Below, one piece after another: positions 39,062 through 51,620 of a DNA stretch of 64,000 nucleotides. The DNA is taken from assembly GCA_973895155.1 (NCBI GenBank), contig OZ316895.1, positions 13,689,186 to 13,753,185 on the forward strand. The letters are read 5' to 3'. How positions within the stretch are numbered: position 1 is the stretch's first letter; every line of letters starts with the position of its first letter. A program made the position numbers and the translations under genes. This DNA comes from Marsupella aquatica (lineage: Eukaryota; Plantae; Marchantiophyta). Below the pieces are notes generated by a model that was not told the origin of the DNA, did no database searches, and worked only from the letters and a program-made list of their open reading frames with translations.

Positions 39062-41580
39062 TTATGCCTCCAAAAGCTGGGCAACCTTTGTGATGTAGTC
39101 TTGCTGAGCCTCTTCCTTTGATTTTCCTGGTTCATTCCATCACAAATATAAAGCCACACATGAGTAAACCGAGAATAAGAAAAAGGAAGGGTACCCTACT
39201 CACACATAAGACATCTACAAGGTAAGTTCAGCTGACTCATTTTGTTAGCTCGCTACTGTAAATACGCGTGGGATCCAACCAAGACTAGGAGGACCCGAAC
39301 GCAGAATCAACAGCAGATCCCATTGACACAGAGGGGAATGGCGTAGTACGTGCAACGACATCCCAACCAAAACCAGGAGAAAACGATACTAAGTACACAG
39401 CAACTGTCTCATGACGCTCATTCCAGTGACAACATCTACAAAAGATACGACCTATGGACACATGAAGAGTAGACGTTCACAGAGACCAGGCAGTTCACGA
39501 CAGCAAAGACAATCACTCATATGTTTCCCATGCTTAACAGTAAGTTTAAATAAATATGCGTGGGCACAGAGCAGGACCGATGGTACTAGAGAATACGTTA
39601 ATTAACATCAAGGATGAATTTGGGCGAGAAAAGGAACGAGGAATAGAGGCAGGCGTCTCGAGATCAGACGGGCGGTGCAAATTAAGGAAAGAACGACTGT
39701 ACCACACGGAGCTACAGACTTGTTCATATAGTTGAAAACTCTTTTTAATTTTATTTTAATAGTGTGAAAACTCTTAAACGTAACATCTAAATTATATTTA
39801 ATCAATTTTGTTTGCACAATGAGTTGCCGTATACATGTTCGTCAAAGCCATCCTGAGATTTAATACAATAATTTCATCACGTGTAGCCATATTCAACAAC
39901 CTACTGGTGATATCTAAAATTCTCTCTTCCTCATTTCCCTTTTAAATTTAATTTAAATAGTGTGAAAACTCTTGAACGTAACATCTAAATTAGATTTAAT
40001 CAATTTTGTTCGCACAATGAGTTGCCGCATACATGTTCGTCAAAGGCCTCCTGAGATCTAATACAGTACTGTCATCACGTGTAGCCGTATTCAACAACCT
40101 TCTGGTGATATCTATAATTTTCTCTTCCTCATTTCACTCGGAACAACACTGTGAACTGTAAGACTCGAAATGAATTATGCAAGAGAATATGTACCTAGTA
40201 GGTACCACACATCTATGATGAGATCGACCCGGCCTCGAAGAATATTAAACCCAGTCTACTCAATCGACTCACTTTGACAAACCTTTCTTCAGTTGTTACT
40301 TGGGTTCTTGGGTGGGCACCAGCTTGCTCGAGCATTTCTACTACCATTGCTGAGAAGCAATTGTAACTGATTTCCACTTTCGACGAAATTCAGCAAATCC
40401 ACAAGAAATTCCAAATCCACTGATTTTTAAACATAATTGATTGACAACACGATAGAGACACTCCCGCTACAGATATCTCCGCCAGGAACACAACTTTTCT
40501 AGACAAAAAGAGGCTAAATACCTTCAACCTTCTTCCATGCGTCCCACTTGGCCTTTCCCTTCAAATCGAACATACCGGGACGTGCTGCGAATGGAAAGAA
40601 AAGTAAGATGTCAAAGACAAAGATATACACCATATTACTGAAAGTGTCGAGGGGTGCTGGTCAAATCTGACGAAAAAATAAGGAAAAACTCACAGGTGTT
40701 CACGTTTCCAACGGTGGCCTGTTTGTACAATCCATAAAGAATCAATTTGGATTCGTCAGTGGTTGATGAGGGCAACGTGAGAGCATCCTTGGCAGCTTTC
40801 TCAAAGTCCTCCTGCACCACACGGCCAGCTAAATGAGGACAAAGAAGCACGGTATGGACTGTAATCGCACAGAGCCAATAATTGAACTTTGAGGGGGGCG
40901 CCGCGAGTTTCCTTGCGCTCCATAATTTTGCGAACTCAACAGGGCAAGTCCCACTACATTGAGAAAAGTCCAAAGCTCTGCCCAGCCAAAGCGGTGGTCA
41001 CCATCACAGCCAGGTATGAACAAGGGGGACCACGATTGGTAAGACTGAAGACGGATTGCAAGACGCGTGCAAAGATACACTAAGCTCGCAGGGGCAAAAC
41101 GTATATTGTAAACAAGAGCCTCAAGAAACATGAAGGACAACTAGCCCGTCAAGCTCATGAGCTAGTACAACCCTAAACTTCGAGGTAAACATTCTACTGG
41201 CAACCAGTCGAGCAAAGACGACTTCTCTCGAATTCAGCAAGAGAAAGGGTACCAAGAGCCACAGAATAACGATATCTCAAACCGCAATAGGGGTCAAAAG
41301 CCGCATTCAGGCAGGCCGAGCCAGATATCATGAGGACTCTTCAACGTAACATAAGAACCACCGTCCTATCGCTAAGAAGCTCCGACCTCAGAATCCTATC
41401 ACAGAGCTGAGCTGAAAAACCCACCACCTATAAACAGTGGGCTCACATGTATACGGATTGGATAAAGGTATCAAGTAAGGTTGTCGGGAATCCTCAACTT
41501 AGTAAAAAAGAGCTGTTCGACGGGAGAGACAATTTGCTCCGAAATCAATCAGAGAGAATTGGACACACCTGAATTCCCAT
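39062..41580 (-). CDS. ACBP: Small cytosolic acyl-CoA-binding protein (class I ACBP, ACBP6-like), 85 aa
   Basis: Exons 41580-41569 (MGIQ), 40811-40694 (EDFEKAAKDALTLP...LYGLYKQATVG), 40584-40522 (RPGMFDLKGKAKWDAWKKVE), 39126-39062 (GKSKEEAQQDYITKVAQLLEA*). Total 258 nt, phases consistent. Confidence 0.95.
39742..40136. repeat. Two-copy tandem duplication (~198-bp unit) inside ACBP intron 3
   Basis: AATAGTGTGAAAACTCTT.AACGTAACATCTAAATT...TCTCTTCCTCATTTC occurs twice. Confidence 0.92.
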
Positions 41581-41799
41581 AGCTGCCGAGTGCCCGCGAC
41601 GAACGACGACAGAAGATCGACGCGCTGACTTCCGTGATTGGATCGAAACAGTGCCGCCAATTCGACGCAGAAAGAACTAAACCGAAGAATAAGTGTGAAA
41701 GACCGGAGGAGAATGGAGTCTTTGCAAAGGTTCGACGCAGAACAGATGTACTCCAGTTCTGCAGTGAAGAAGGAAGAGTGTGGACAGTGGAGTTCGGTA

Positions 41800-42012
41800 T
41801 ATCCTGCCCGCGGGCAAGGGAAAAAAAGGACGTTGCTTGCTTGGCCGGCTACCCCACCCTTCTGCCCGGATTTACTGCCCGACTGGTTTGCTTGTTTGGC
41901 CGGCTGCCCTGCCCGTCTGCCCGAATCTTACTGCCCGGCTATCGGTCTGCCCGTTTTTCCTGCCCTGTGCCCGGACGGCCTGCCCGGATGCCCGGATGCC
42001 CGTCTGCCCGGG
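41800..42012. promoter_or_regulatory. TGCCC(G)-rich low-complexity tract immediately upstream of ACBP; candidate promoter element cluster
   Basis: More than ten TGCCC/TGCCCG words within ~200 bp, 220-430 bp upstream of the ACBP ATG. Function is inferred from position only. Confidence 0.4.
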
Positions 42013-44294
42013 TTTAGTGCGCCTTATTCTTTAGTTGAATCACAAACAACCCGTGGCCACGGACGTGGCATGCACACTAATAAGGGCCCACTTATTTACT
42101 GTACGTATCTACAGGTGTCTCAATTGCATCCTTCAAGGGATCGGACGGCCAGAAATAACTTAATCTTTGCGATGTACGGTTAAGATTAATCAATTGAGCA
42201 GCCTACTAATTGACTTAGTTTTGGGATAACTTCAGTGAATTTTGTTAGCGTTGGTTTCAGTTGCTAAATTTCCCCTTGCAAGGAATTTGACCGCCCCGAG
42301 TATACACCATAAGTAACTTAAATAGCTAGAGTGTATGGTTAAGATTAATCCACGGGGGCAGCTCACTAATGAAAGTAACTTTGGGGCCGATACCACGGGA
42401 ACACCCGAGCGAGAAAAAGGGCACCTGCCTAAGAGGAGGAGACAGGAGAAGATAAAAGCAAATAAGGGGGCTGGAAGAAGGATCACACCAAAGAGAAGAG
42501 CAAGGGAAACCCCATCCGCACTGCCAAAAGAAAGAGGCAGATCAGACAGGGAAGGAGGAAGCCAAGGTTGTGCCTTTTCGAGGTAGCCTAGTAGAACACA
42601 CCATATTTTACCATGTCACCCTTTTCCCATATTTGTGCTGGAGTTGAGACTCAATTTGTCACTCCAAGTGCCAAGTGTAACCTTCAACCCTTATAGCCTG
42701 CACTCCTCAAGGGAACTTTGGCCGTCGCTTGAAATTCCCGGCTATGGTTACTGCCTAACAGAAAAACAAATGTCTGACCTCCTAGCTAGCACTCCGCCAT
42801 TGCCGGCACTGCTAAAATTGATGCACTATCCCATTTAGCAATGCCCACACCTCACAAATCTGTCAAGAAATCCAAATTTCAGCATTTAACATCCTATTTT
42901 CTACGGAAAATAAAAACGGACAATAAAAAAATCTCAAGAAACTGTCAAATGCTAAATCTCCCACTTCTTCACCAAGTTTGAACAATACATTGACAAAACT
43001 CCCTGACTCATAACCAAAGAACAGCAAAATCAACTTGACAATCAATCAACATATCAATTCAATCAAGATGTTTACACTTTGATCATGTCTCAAAAAAGAA
43101 CTGATCAATATATCACAAAATTCCCTGGAATGTTTGCTGCTCACGATCCAAGCTCTAATACTCTTGTTGGAAAAATATTGCATAGGATAACGTCACATGG
43201 AACCAGTGTACAACATACAACTTACACTGACATAGAGATACATGATTCATCCCATGTGGGTTACATCTATGACCAAGAGAAGAAATCACTATGTACTAAC
43301 ACCGTACATCCACCTTAGCTTGATAAGCTAACAAGCTGGTCTAGAGCTCTCCTCTCTCTTCCTCTCCTCTCTCTTCCTCTTTGCTGTATGAGCCTAACCA
43401 GGTAGCAGAGTTAAGTATGTAGCAACAGTCTCACCAATGAACAATGCCCGAGGACCAAGCAACCTTTCAACTTCAGTTTTTGACAGAACCTACTACACAC
43501 TACTTGCCTCGCTACTCACCCCTCATGCCGACTTCAAGGAAAATATTAACAAAGTCCATGACCAAACCTATGTGGCCACAATGCAATGAACAATATGATA
43601 TACAATGCAGTTAATTAAAACATAATTATATATGGTATGATGTGGTTACCAGAAGTATGTGTTGGGCCCATTTTCCCTACCCCCATCACTTCATATAAAC
43701 TTTGTTCACCTGATAAATCTGTTGGAAATCACTCAAAGTTTAGCTTGTTGTGCAAAGGATGAGACGCATCCAATATCTTAGACTTAGTCCTCAGAAGTAA
43801 ATAATGTAGTACTATGAAATCTCATTAAACCGCCATTGGCCATATATAAGGGGTAAGGGTCCAAGACTTCTCCCTTTTTCTCATTCTTGTCCTCTACTGT
43901 CCCACTTTGCTCCACATTTATAGGGAAAGTGTACTATTAATGGTGAAACTGTGAATCCAACTTTTGTCATGGCTAGAGGTGGTTTGAAAACTAGCCTAAT
44001 GCCTGACTGTGTGTTACACAATTTAGTTAATATCCATAAGTGATGTTGAGTGGAAGTGTTATCAAGCATATGTGAGATGGTCAGACAATTGGCAACTGAA
44101 GTTGGCCTGACATATAGTTTGTAGGGAATGTGTGAGTCACCGGAAGGATTGGAAACAAAGGCACCCAACCAGGCCAGGAGACACACGGTCCCAACTACAA
44201 ACTGCCCAATCAAGGGCAGGGAGGCCAAAAAGCCAAAGAGGCCAGGGGGACCAAACAAAGGGCCACACAAAAGCAGCCAAACCCAAATGAATAA

Positions 44295-44515
44295 CCTAAC
44301 TAACTGCAAATTGAAGAGCCAGGTAGAGCTCTCAGTGAACTGCATGTTGGGGAGGGTGTGTCCACCAATGGAATCTGCCTAGAAGAACCAACAGCCTCAC
44401 CCATACTAACTAACTGCAAATTGAAGAGCCAGGTAAAGCTCTCACTAAACTGCATGTTGGGGGGTGTGTCCACCAATGGAATCTGCCTAGAAGAACCAAC
44501 AGCCTCACCCATACA
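44295..44515. repeat. Two-copy tandem duplication (~110 bp) in a probable retroelement remnant
   Basis: CTAACTAACTGCAAATTGAAGAGCCAGGTA.AGCTCTCA...CCACCAATGGAATCTGCCTAGAAGAACCAACAGCCTCACCCATAC occurs twice. Confidence 0.9.
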
Positions 44516-45412
44516 AAGAATTGTGAAAGCTTGAGCCCTCTGAAGCCCAACATATATACTCTGTTTTAGGCCGTGCTGACAAACATAGGGGGATGAGGCC
44601 AAATTAACCGTGCATGATTGTAATTAAGGATCAAAGGTCAAGTGTAAAGCCCCAGAGACCTCCACCACAGACGGGTAAACTAGGTCCCCCGGGTAGGCCA
44701 TTAACCGTGCATAATTGTAAGGATCAAAGGTCATTGCAAGTGTAAAGCCTCAAAGACCTCCACCACAAGTAGGCAAAAAAGGTCCCCCAGGCAGGCCTCC
44801 TCTAGCCAGTGTATGTGCAGCTATACCTATGTTGGTCCCACTAGTAGGATATGCCATTGTCTACCACATCCTCAAGGGCACACCAGCCCAAGGGACCCAG
44901 ATCAGCTTGCCCAATGTTGTATCTTGTCAAGAAGAAAAGTTTTCTACTATGTGCCACCATTTCCATAACCTTGTGCCTAGAAAGTCTTGTCCATAATCTT
45001 TGTCCGTACAAGTATTACATATGATAATGACTGTTTGGGCTAGGGTTACTGTCAAAAAAACTTCCCGGCTACTGCCCGTCAACATTTTCTCACTTTTTGG
45101 TCACAGCATTTCCTCACTTTCTGGTCACAGGGTTACACACCAATAACCCCAGACCAAGCTATCATTACCCTATACCTAAACTAGTAAACCCTGACCAAGC
45201 CATCATTACCCTATACCTAAACTTTGAGAGTCAGGAGCTTAAAAGCAACTAGCCATGACAAAAACATGGTTACACAAATTTTGCCATTTTTAGTATTTTT
45301 AAAAACATGGTTACACAAATTTAGCCAATTTTAGTATTTTTTTCCTTAAATTGAGGAGCAAAGCCTCACCCTAGGGAAGAGGAATGGAAAAACACGAGAA
45401 ATCTTGGACGAT

Positions 45413-45562
45413 TCTCCTTTCATATGGCCAGTGGTGTTTAAGTGAGCCTCCTTTTTATATGGCCAGTGGTGGGTTAAGTGAGCCTTCAATTGAGCGAATG
45501 GCTTAAGTGAGCCTCCTTTTTATATGGCCAGTCGTGGTTTAAGTGAGCCTTCAATTGAGCGA
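45413..45562. repeat. Compound short tandem repeats
   Basis: TATGGCCAGT.GTG..TTAAGTGAGCCT three times plus TCAATTGAGCGAA twice. Confidence 0.85.
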
Positions 45563-46553
45563 AAATGATGTCACAAGTTGTGTTGGCGGCTGGACAAATC
45601 GACTTGAATTGACCTTGAATGTCATTATGTCACGGACTACTCTACGTCGATGAGAATACCTGTCCTCATTCAAGTGCAATCCGGTCCACTCCTTAAGTTC
45701 AGCGCACGAGACGTTCGCCCGATAGAAATCACGCAGATTCTAAATACATCCAAAGCAAACTGAAAAGTAGAACCGCTAAACTCGTGCATGAATTTATATG
45801 AACTGAACTCCGCATTCACTGACTCAAACTCAATCAGGTCGAAATTAAATGCGGACACGTACTGTAGATCGAGATTCCCTTACAGTAAATAGATCAAACC
45901 TCTCTTCATGCAAGCAGCATTAGCAGAAGCATATTCATGAGTACATTCAAGTCCTTTGCGAATGCTGGGAGTCCTAGCCTGCCTCTGTCGATCTACATCG
46001 ATCTGACTGAATGATTCTGCCAAGATCCCTCAACAGCTCAATATACTCTTGAGCTTAGGCCATAGGACCTTTACCCATTATCACATTCCCGATTACATTC
46101 CTAAAGTCATGGACTCCCTTCAGTTAATTACAAAGGAGATTTTTCTTTAGCCCATAGACATCATCATTATATTCTGGAGGTACAAACATTCCGCAAAACG
46201 TTTAAATGGAAGCACAAGAACTCATTGATCTTAAATTCCAGCGCATAGATGCATGCTTCTGAACATTGCTCCAATACATATCATAAAGTGCAGTATTTCA
46301 TTGAAACAATGCTACAGTGCGAGTGCACAAGAGAATTGACGTCACCAGATATGTCTAGCTGCAATTCTCTTCGCGAAGCTTTCTCGAATCATGGTTACTC
46401 AAGAACTGGAAAGTGATCAGAAACCCACAGAACCTGAAATCAATGGAGCCTTGGATCTTCTATGTCACTACTTCTGGACCATAGGTCACGGAAATTTCCG
46501 TCCTGATTCTAGCTGTCGATGCTGAGGCTTCCCATGGGATTTGGTGTGACCCT

Positions 46554-47984
46554 TCATCCTTGGTCTATGGTAGTTAAAGATTTCGAAAAAGCTGCCGAAA
46601 GAGCGAAGGAGAGAAGCCGCTTCAATTCCCTTAATGAGGTGTTATCTTCCAGAGATTTCCGGGCCAGCGCGCCCAGGCTCCCCGTCCTCCATTCCTTCAA
46701 CTGCGGCGCGGAACGGATGAGTCGGGAGGCTGCACTCAGGCTCTCATTCAGGTTGGACAGGGCGCACTCAGATTCGAGTCCGAGAGGGTCCGGACTCTCC
46801 ACCGGATTGGAATTCGCATACGAGTCAAGATGTTCCGACGATGGTCCGCCTTCTGAGGAAGTTCTGGGAGACACGGCTGGCGTTGAGCATATCTGCATGG
46901 ATGACAAGATTGCATCCTCGGAAGGAAACAATAATACGTCCAGGTGATCTTTGTACAACACTTCTGGAAGGCCGATCTGGTCCTCTGCGCGGGCATTCGG
47001 AGATTCAAGATGAACTGATGGAGGATCGCTTTCATCTAAGTGCCAAAACGATAACGCATGGAGAGCTGCATCAAGATCGTCGGCAATATCATTGTTTGTC
47101 GTTGTCTTGAGCGCGTTGTCATCATCTGATGTATGTGCTGACTTCGAACTGCTGCCTTTAGTAATTTGCGCAAACGTACAGTCTGATAGGTGCGATTCGT
47201 AGCGCGGAAGTGGGCTCAGAGGCGGGAGCGGAGGCCTATTCACGGAAGAATTCCGCCCTAGAAAGTAAGGTTGATTGTTTCTTCTGACCATTTCGAGATC
47301 CTTGAAGTAGTGCAATTTGCAATCCAAGGAACAGAATCTGATGGAACAGTTGATCCACTCTCGTACGTGATGTAGCTTGGTCCGACAAGTAGCTCGAGCG
47401 CAGTTCTTCCAGGGCTCCGTAGAATTTGTACTATCGGCGTACCCAGCCGTGCCATGCAGGAAAATGAAGAGCGCAGAATCAGCCCCTTCACGAACAGACC
47501 ACGTGATCTCTTGTATCTGTGCGGTGTCCACTCCAAAACTCTCGATGTCTGCCTTATTCACGCAGAGGGAACTTTCGTAGTCGTACATTTGCAGCCGATC
47601 GTGTCCATGATGATCTGCGCCTGCCTCGAAATGCCGTTCTTGAAAGAGTCGACCCTTGTTGCAAGAAGCGCAAAAGAATACGAGACCAAGTGGAAAATTG
47701 TAGGCAGCTATAATCAGAAGATTTGCCACCCATCGCGGATACATAGGCGGTAGAGCGGGGTCTCGAGTTTCTGCCACCGGTGGCCGCTGCACAGCAAGCT
47801 CCGACGTCGACGCTCCAGAATTTGAAGTTATTTTGGGACGATAGACCATGCGTGGCCCACGGGAAGGGCCGTGATGCATGAGATGACTATTGTAATTCGA
47901 AGAAGGCATCAACACACGAGCTCTACCGTGTCTGGATCCGGTGCTACCAGTCGGCGATGATCGATGGTTTATCAAACTTTGCAT
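46554..47984 (-). CDS. Divergent PLATZ-like zinc-binding protein, single coding exon, 476 aa
   Basis: Uninterrupted 1431-nt ATG-initiated ORF. Ordered PLATZ-like landmarks P.W...LL, FCASC, HHGHDRLQM, DIESFGVDTAQIQ, FIFL, C-x4-C, RFCSLDCKL, then a low-complexity acidic/Ser-rich tail. Confidence 0.7.
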   Translation of the reverse strand: MQSLINHRSSPTGSTGSRHGRARVLMPSSNYNSHLMHHGPSRGPRMVYRPKITSNSGASTSELAVQRPPVAETRDPALPPMYPRWVANLLIIAAYNFPLGLVFFCASCNKGRLFQERHFEAGADHHGHDRLQMYDYESSLCVNKADIESFGVDTAQIQEITWSVREGADSALFIFLHGTAGYADSTNSTEPWKNCARATCRTKLHHVREWINCSIRFCSLDCKLHYFKDLEMVRRNNQPYFLGRNSSVNRPPLPPLSPLPRYESHLSDCTFAQITKGSSSKSAHTSDDDNALKTTTNNDIADDLDAALHALSFWHLDESDPPSVHLESPNARAEDQIGLPEVLYKDHLDVLLFPSEDAILSSMQICSTPAVSPRTSSEGGPSSEHLDSYANSNPVESPDPLGLESECALSNLNESLSAASRLIRSAPQLKEWRTGSLGALARKSLEDNTSLRELKRLLSFALSAAFSKSLTTIDQG

Positions 47985-50599
47985 CGACGTGCTCTCGCGT
48001 ATGATGAATCGGCGAGGATGATGCTTGAATTACCTAGAACAACAAACTATAGAACTGGCTACTATTTACGGCGATAATTGAGATTCAATTCAACTATGTG
48101 AGCACAATACCTTCGCGAAGAAAGACGAGAATTGAACGACTTCTCTCTGGAGCAAATGATAATGACTTCGTTGAGCTATGATCGTCGTCTGATGACCCGA
48201 ATAATGACAAAGCCAACGAAAAAGCTGAGCCATGTGTACGAAATGTTCGCTCGGAAGGAACGCAACAGATCCATAAGCACAATAGGGGGAAGCAAAGGAG
48301 GAGTCTAAACGTGGGATCAAAGAGTCAATTCACTTGGGAAAGTGGTGTTCTGCACTCAGTCTGAGCTTCGGTGCGTTAGACCCAACCAGCTCGAGGATTG
48401 CCGTATAAATTATGGACAGCCATCTTAATTACTATGCTTGGAGTCGCATTCCGTTGATGCTGTAGTTCAACGACTCTTATCCAACACTCTTAAGCACTCC
48501 ATCTCGGCGCATAACCGGTGATTCGCTTTGAAATTGGGGTCGGTCGGTCCTCCTTCCGTCGTCATAGTTTTGAAAAGTTGACCGACTGTATGATCGTCTT
48601 GTACGTCACTCAACGCTCCATTTTCAAATACTCATCGAGAGCTCCATCGACAGAAGACTTAGAGCCACTTCGTGGTTCCTCTTTTTCTCTGTGTCTGTTT
48701 CACCGAGCTCCTGGTTTCCTGTCAATCCTTACAGACTCGAAAAGTTGACTGTTAGTGGATCAGCTTGCTAGACCGTCACACAAACTACCGTATTTCTGCG
48801 GCGCCATGACCAGTAATCGGTTCTATTTCATCGCCGGTGAGAGCTTGGAACCGGCTCGGCTCCCATTTCTGTCGTTGGAATGCCAGCCGTTCGGCAATTC
48901 GAGCCAGCGCCAGCCCGGGCCCACTCATTTTCAGAGTGCTAGCAGCCACGAAACCAGTCAGATTTTCTAGCTGCAAGGGTTTCAGCATTTCAGCTCGTTA
49001 AATTTTTTAGTTAGCATTATGGTCGATCCAGATCGTCGGCATCGAGCCAACATCCTCTCCTATTGCGCAGCTGGAGTTTTAGCATTGCAGCACCCCGTCC
49101 AAAAATTGTAGGTGTTGCATGCGTTGCGGCATGTCCAGACCGTCGGCATCGCGCCAACATGCTCGATCCTATTTTTGCCTTCGCGTAAATCAGAGTGCCG
49201 GTCTCGACTCGGTCAATTCTCTCCTGCGGTGGCGCCTCTGAGTCATTCGGCTGTAAGGTACGTGGCCAGTCAATCCAAGTCTAGTACCTTCACAGATCAG
49301 GTCGTGCCAACATCAATTAATCATCTAATCCTCGTATGCTTCGACATATGGCCAGATAGACTCATGGAATTAGTGGATCATGCACCGACTGATGAGGGTC
49401 CTTCGGTGGTTCTCGTCGGACAGTTTTACGTGGAGCTGAGCCTAGCCCCGGGAGACTACTGTTGATCAGTTAAAGCTGCGAGACTACTGTTGATCAGTTC
49501 CGTGTTGCAGGGCTCAACGGGAGATTCAATTCTCCTTGAATTCGTCCATATAGCAAGCTAGGCCGGTATTGGCTCTCCAAGTTTTCGAGGGTAGGATTAT
49601 GTTCCTCTCACTCTAGAAGGATAGCAAGCTCGGATAGATCTACAAGCTAGAAGAAAGACGAGCAGTGCGGGGCAGGGAGCAGTGCAGAACAATTTTTTCG
49701 AGCAATCTAAGCTGGACATTCATGGAGGAGAAGAAGATGCTCCGACAAGAAGATTGGAAGTGAGATACCACACAGTCTGAACGAACTCGATCGAGCTACT
49801 GCTTAGCCATTGAAACGGGATGAAATTGTAGCTTCCGGATATATGATCATCACAGGGAATAGGAAAGTTTCCCAAGTCTGTAATATAAAGCGCAGCTCTA
49901 GAGATGGCAGTCGAGAGCTGCTAGTGGAAGTTCGTTACCACCTCACAATTATGACGCTGACCATACCCGTATTTGCACTAGAGCAGATACAACTTGAATG
50001 GTGGGATGTTGGAACTCGGGATGACTGTACACGGATACTGGCGAGAGTAATTTAGTGATTCAAGTGTGAAACTCAAAGTTAAAATACTAAATCGAACTGA
50101 CCTCTTGACTTGGCCTCGACAGTTTGGCTCACGACATTCATCCCTCATTGTTCGCAAAGTATCAGCCAAACTCTGGAGAGTTGGACTAACTCCTAAACTA
50201 GAATAATGTGTTGAGTTATTATGGTCCTTGTTCTATTCCTCTCCATCTTCAACTTATAATGCCTCAGTACAAGATCTAGTTGGGAGTTGGAAACAGTTTG
50301 AAAATCCTATAGGGTCTATGTGAGCCAATCATAACTAAACACATAACTTGGGGAGTTGGAAACACATAATCCTTTACAAGCATACAGTCCCCCATATTTC
50401 TCCTGCATACGCGGATTGACATACGACTGCCCTAGCCTATACCTTGTAAAGGTTATCGTACGCCCTTAATATATATATTATGGCGTGCACTCTGCATCAA
50501 ACAAGATGGGATAACCGGGTAAGGACTTGTGAAATCGAGGTGAAAATACTGTGACTGTCAGCCTAGAAGGAGAATTAAGGTGGCACTTGTGACGTTTTT

Positions 50600-50832
50600 C
50601 CACCAAAGCAAAACTGGAGGGACACTTCTTGTGGCCAATATAGAGTCCCAACGAAATGAACAAATCCCAAATGAAGTTCAATAAAAGCAAATCAATGGCC
50701 ATGAAAATGTTTTGCTACCTTGACACCAAAGCAAAACTGGAGGGTCACTTCTTGTGGCTAAAACATAGACTCCCATCAATATAAACATATCCAAAATATA
50801 GTTCAATAAATGCAAATCAGGAGCCATGAAAA
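50600..50832. repeat. Two-copy tandem duplication (~123-bp unit)
   Basis: CACCAAAGCAAAACTGGAGGG.CACTTCTTGTGGC...GCAAATCA..GCCATGAAAATG at ~50601 and ~50724. Confidence 0.85.
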
Positions 50833-50979
50833 TGCATGTTTGCACTGCCCCTCTCAGGCAGTTAAAACTTGTTACGGACCCCCATTAGAGGTCCTTTCCA
50901 AAATTCATGGTTCCACAGTGCGCCACATCATCATGGCATTCATAAACAGGAAGGGACTTGTTTTTGGATAAAATTAACT

Positions 50980-51620
50980 TCTACATTCATGTTTGTGGTA
51001 ACTTTGCTGTAAAAACTAGGACGCCATGCCGTAAAAAGAATGTAAGAAAATTGACATGCAAATCAAAAGATAAAAAGATTGAGGTAAACTGCTCCCAATA
51101 ACGGTTTTATTTCCATTTTGATTTCATTCAAAACATAAAATTTTCTTGACAATAATATTTGATTTGAAATTGTTGAGTCAAATCATAATGAAAACTCACG
51201 TATAATATGGCGTTGGAAAGATCTTGAAGAGACGGTCGTGATGAGCTCAGAATTGTCACCATTCGATAAGAATTGAGTAAATAATTTGAAAAATAGATTT
51301 TACCCGTGATTTTGTAATCTCTAATGTGAATAGAAATTTTGTTGTACAACCCCTGAAATGTTGACCCCTTCCATGAGAATAAACCTAAAATTGATAGATT
51401 TTATCGAGTACTAAGGAGATTATGAATTTTAGAATTTCTTAAGTTGTTTAATGAACTTAACATTGATAGATTTAGTTGAGTTCTGAGGAGATTATAAGTT
51501 TCCAATGTTCTCTAGCTTTCTAATGAGTGTGACATTGGGAGATTTTATCAAGTACTAAAGTGGTCATGAATTTCTAAATTTTTCTAACTTTCTATCCATT
51601 CTGAATTCCACAATTGGAAA
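50980..51620. repeat. Second copy of the AT-rich subrepeat element seen at 5140-5910
   Basis: GATTTTATC.AGTACTAAGGAGATTATGA.TTT and CTCTAGCTTTC.AATGAGTGTGACATTG are reverse complements of the units at 5400-5700. Confidence 0.6.

Noticed and set aside
40273-40349. Possible extra exon in ACBP intron 3 (AMVVEMLEQAG...)
   Set aside because: Candidate lengths of 67 or 77 nt break the frame, the acceptor is weak, and the four-exon model already gives a complete ACBP.
41634-42183. Overlapping Pro/Cys/Arg-rich ORFs
   Set aside because: By-product of the TGCCC low-complexity tract, antisense to the ACBP leader and promoter.
46519-47753. Plus-strand ORFs overlapping the PLATZ-like gene (and similar antisense ORFs over the kinase and USE1)
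   Set aside because: Shadow ORFs expected opposite real coding sequence, with no independent motifs.
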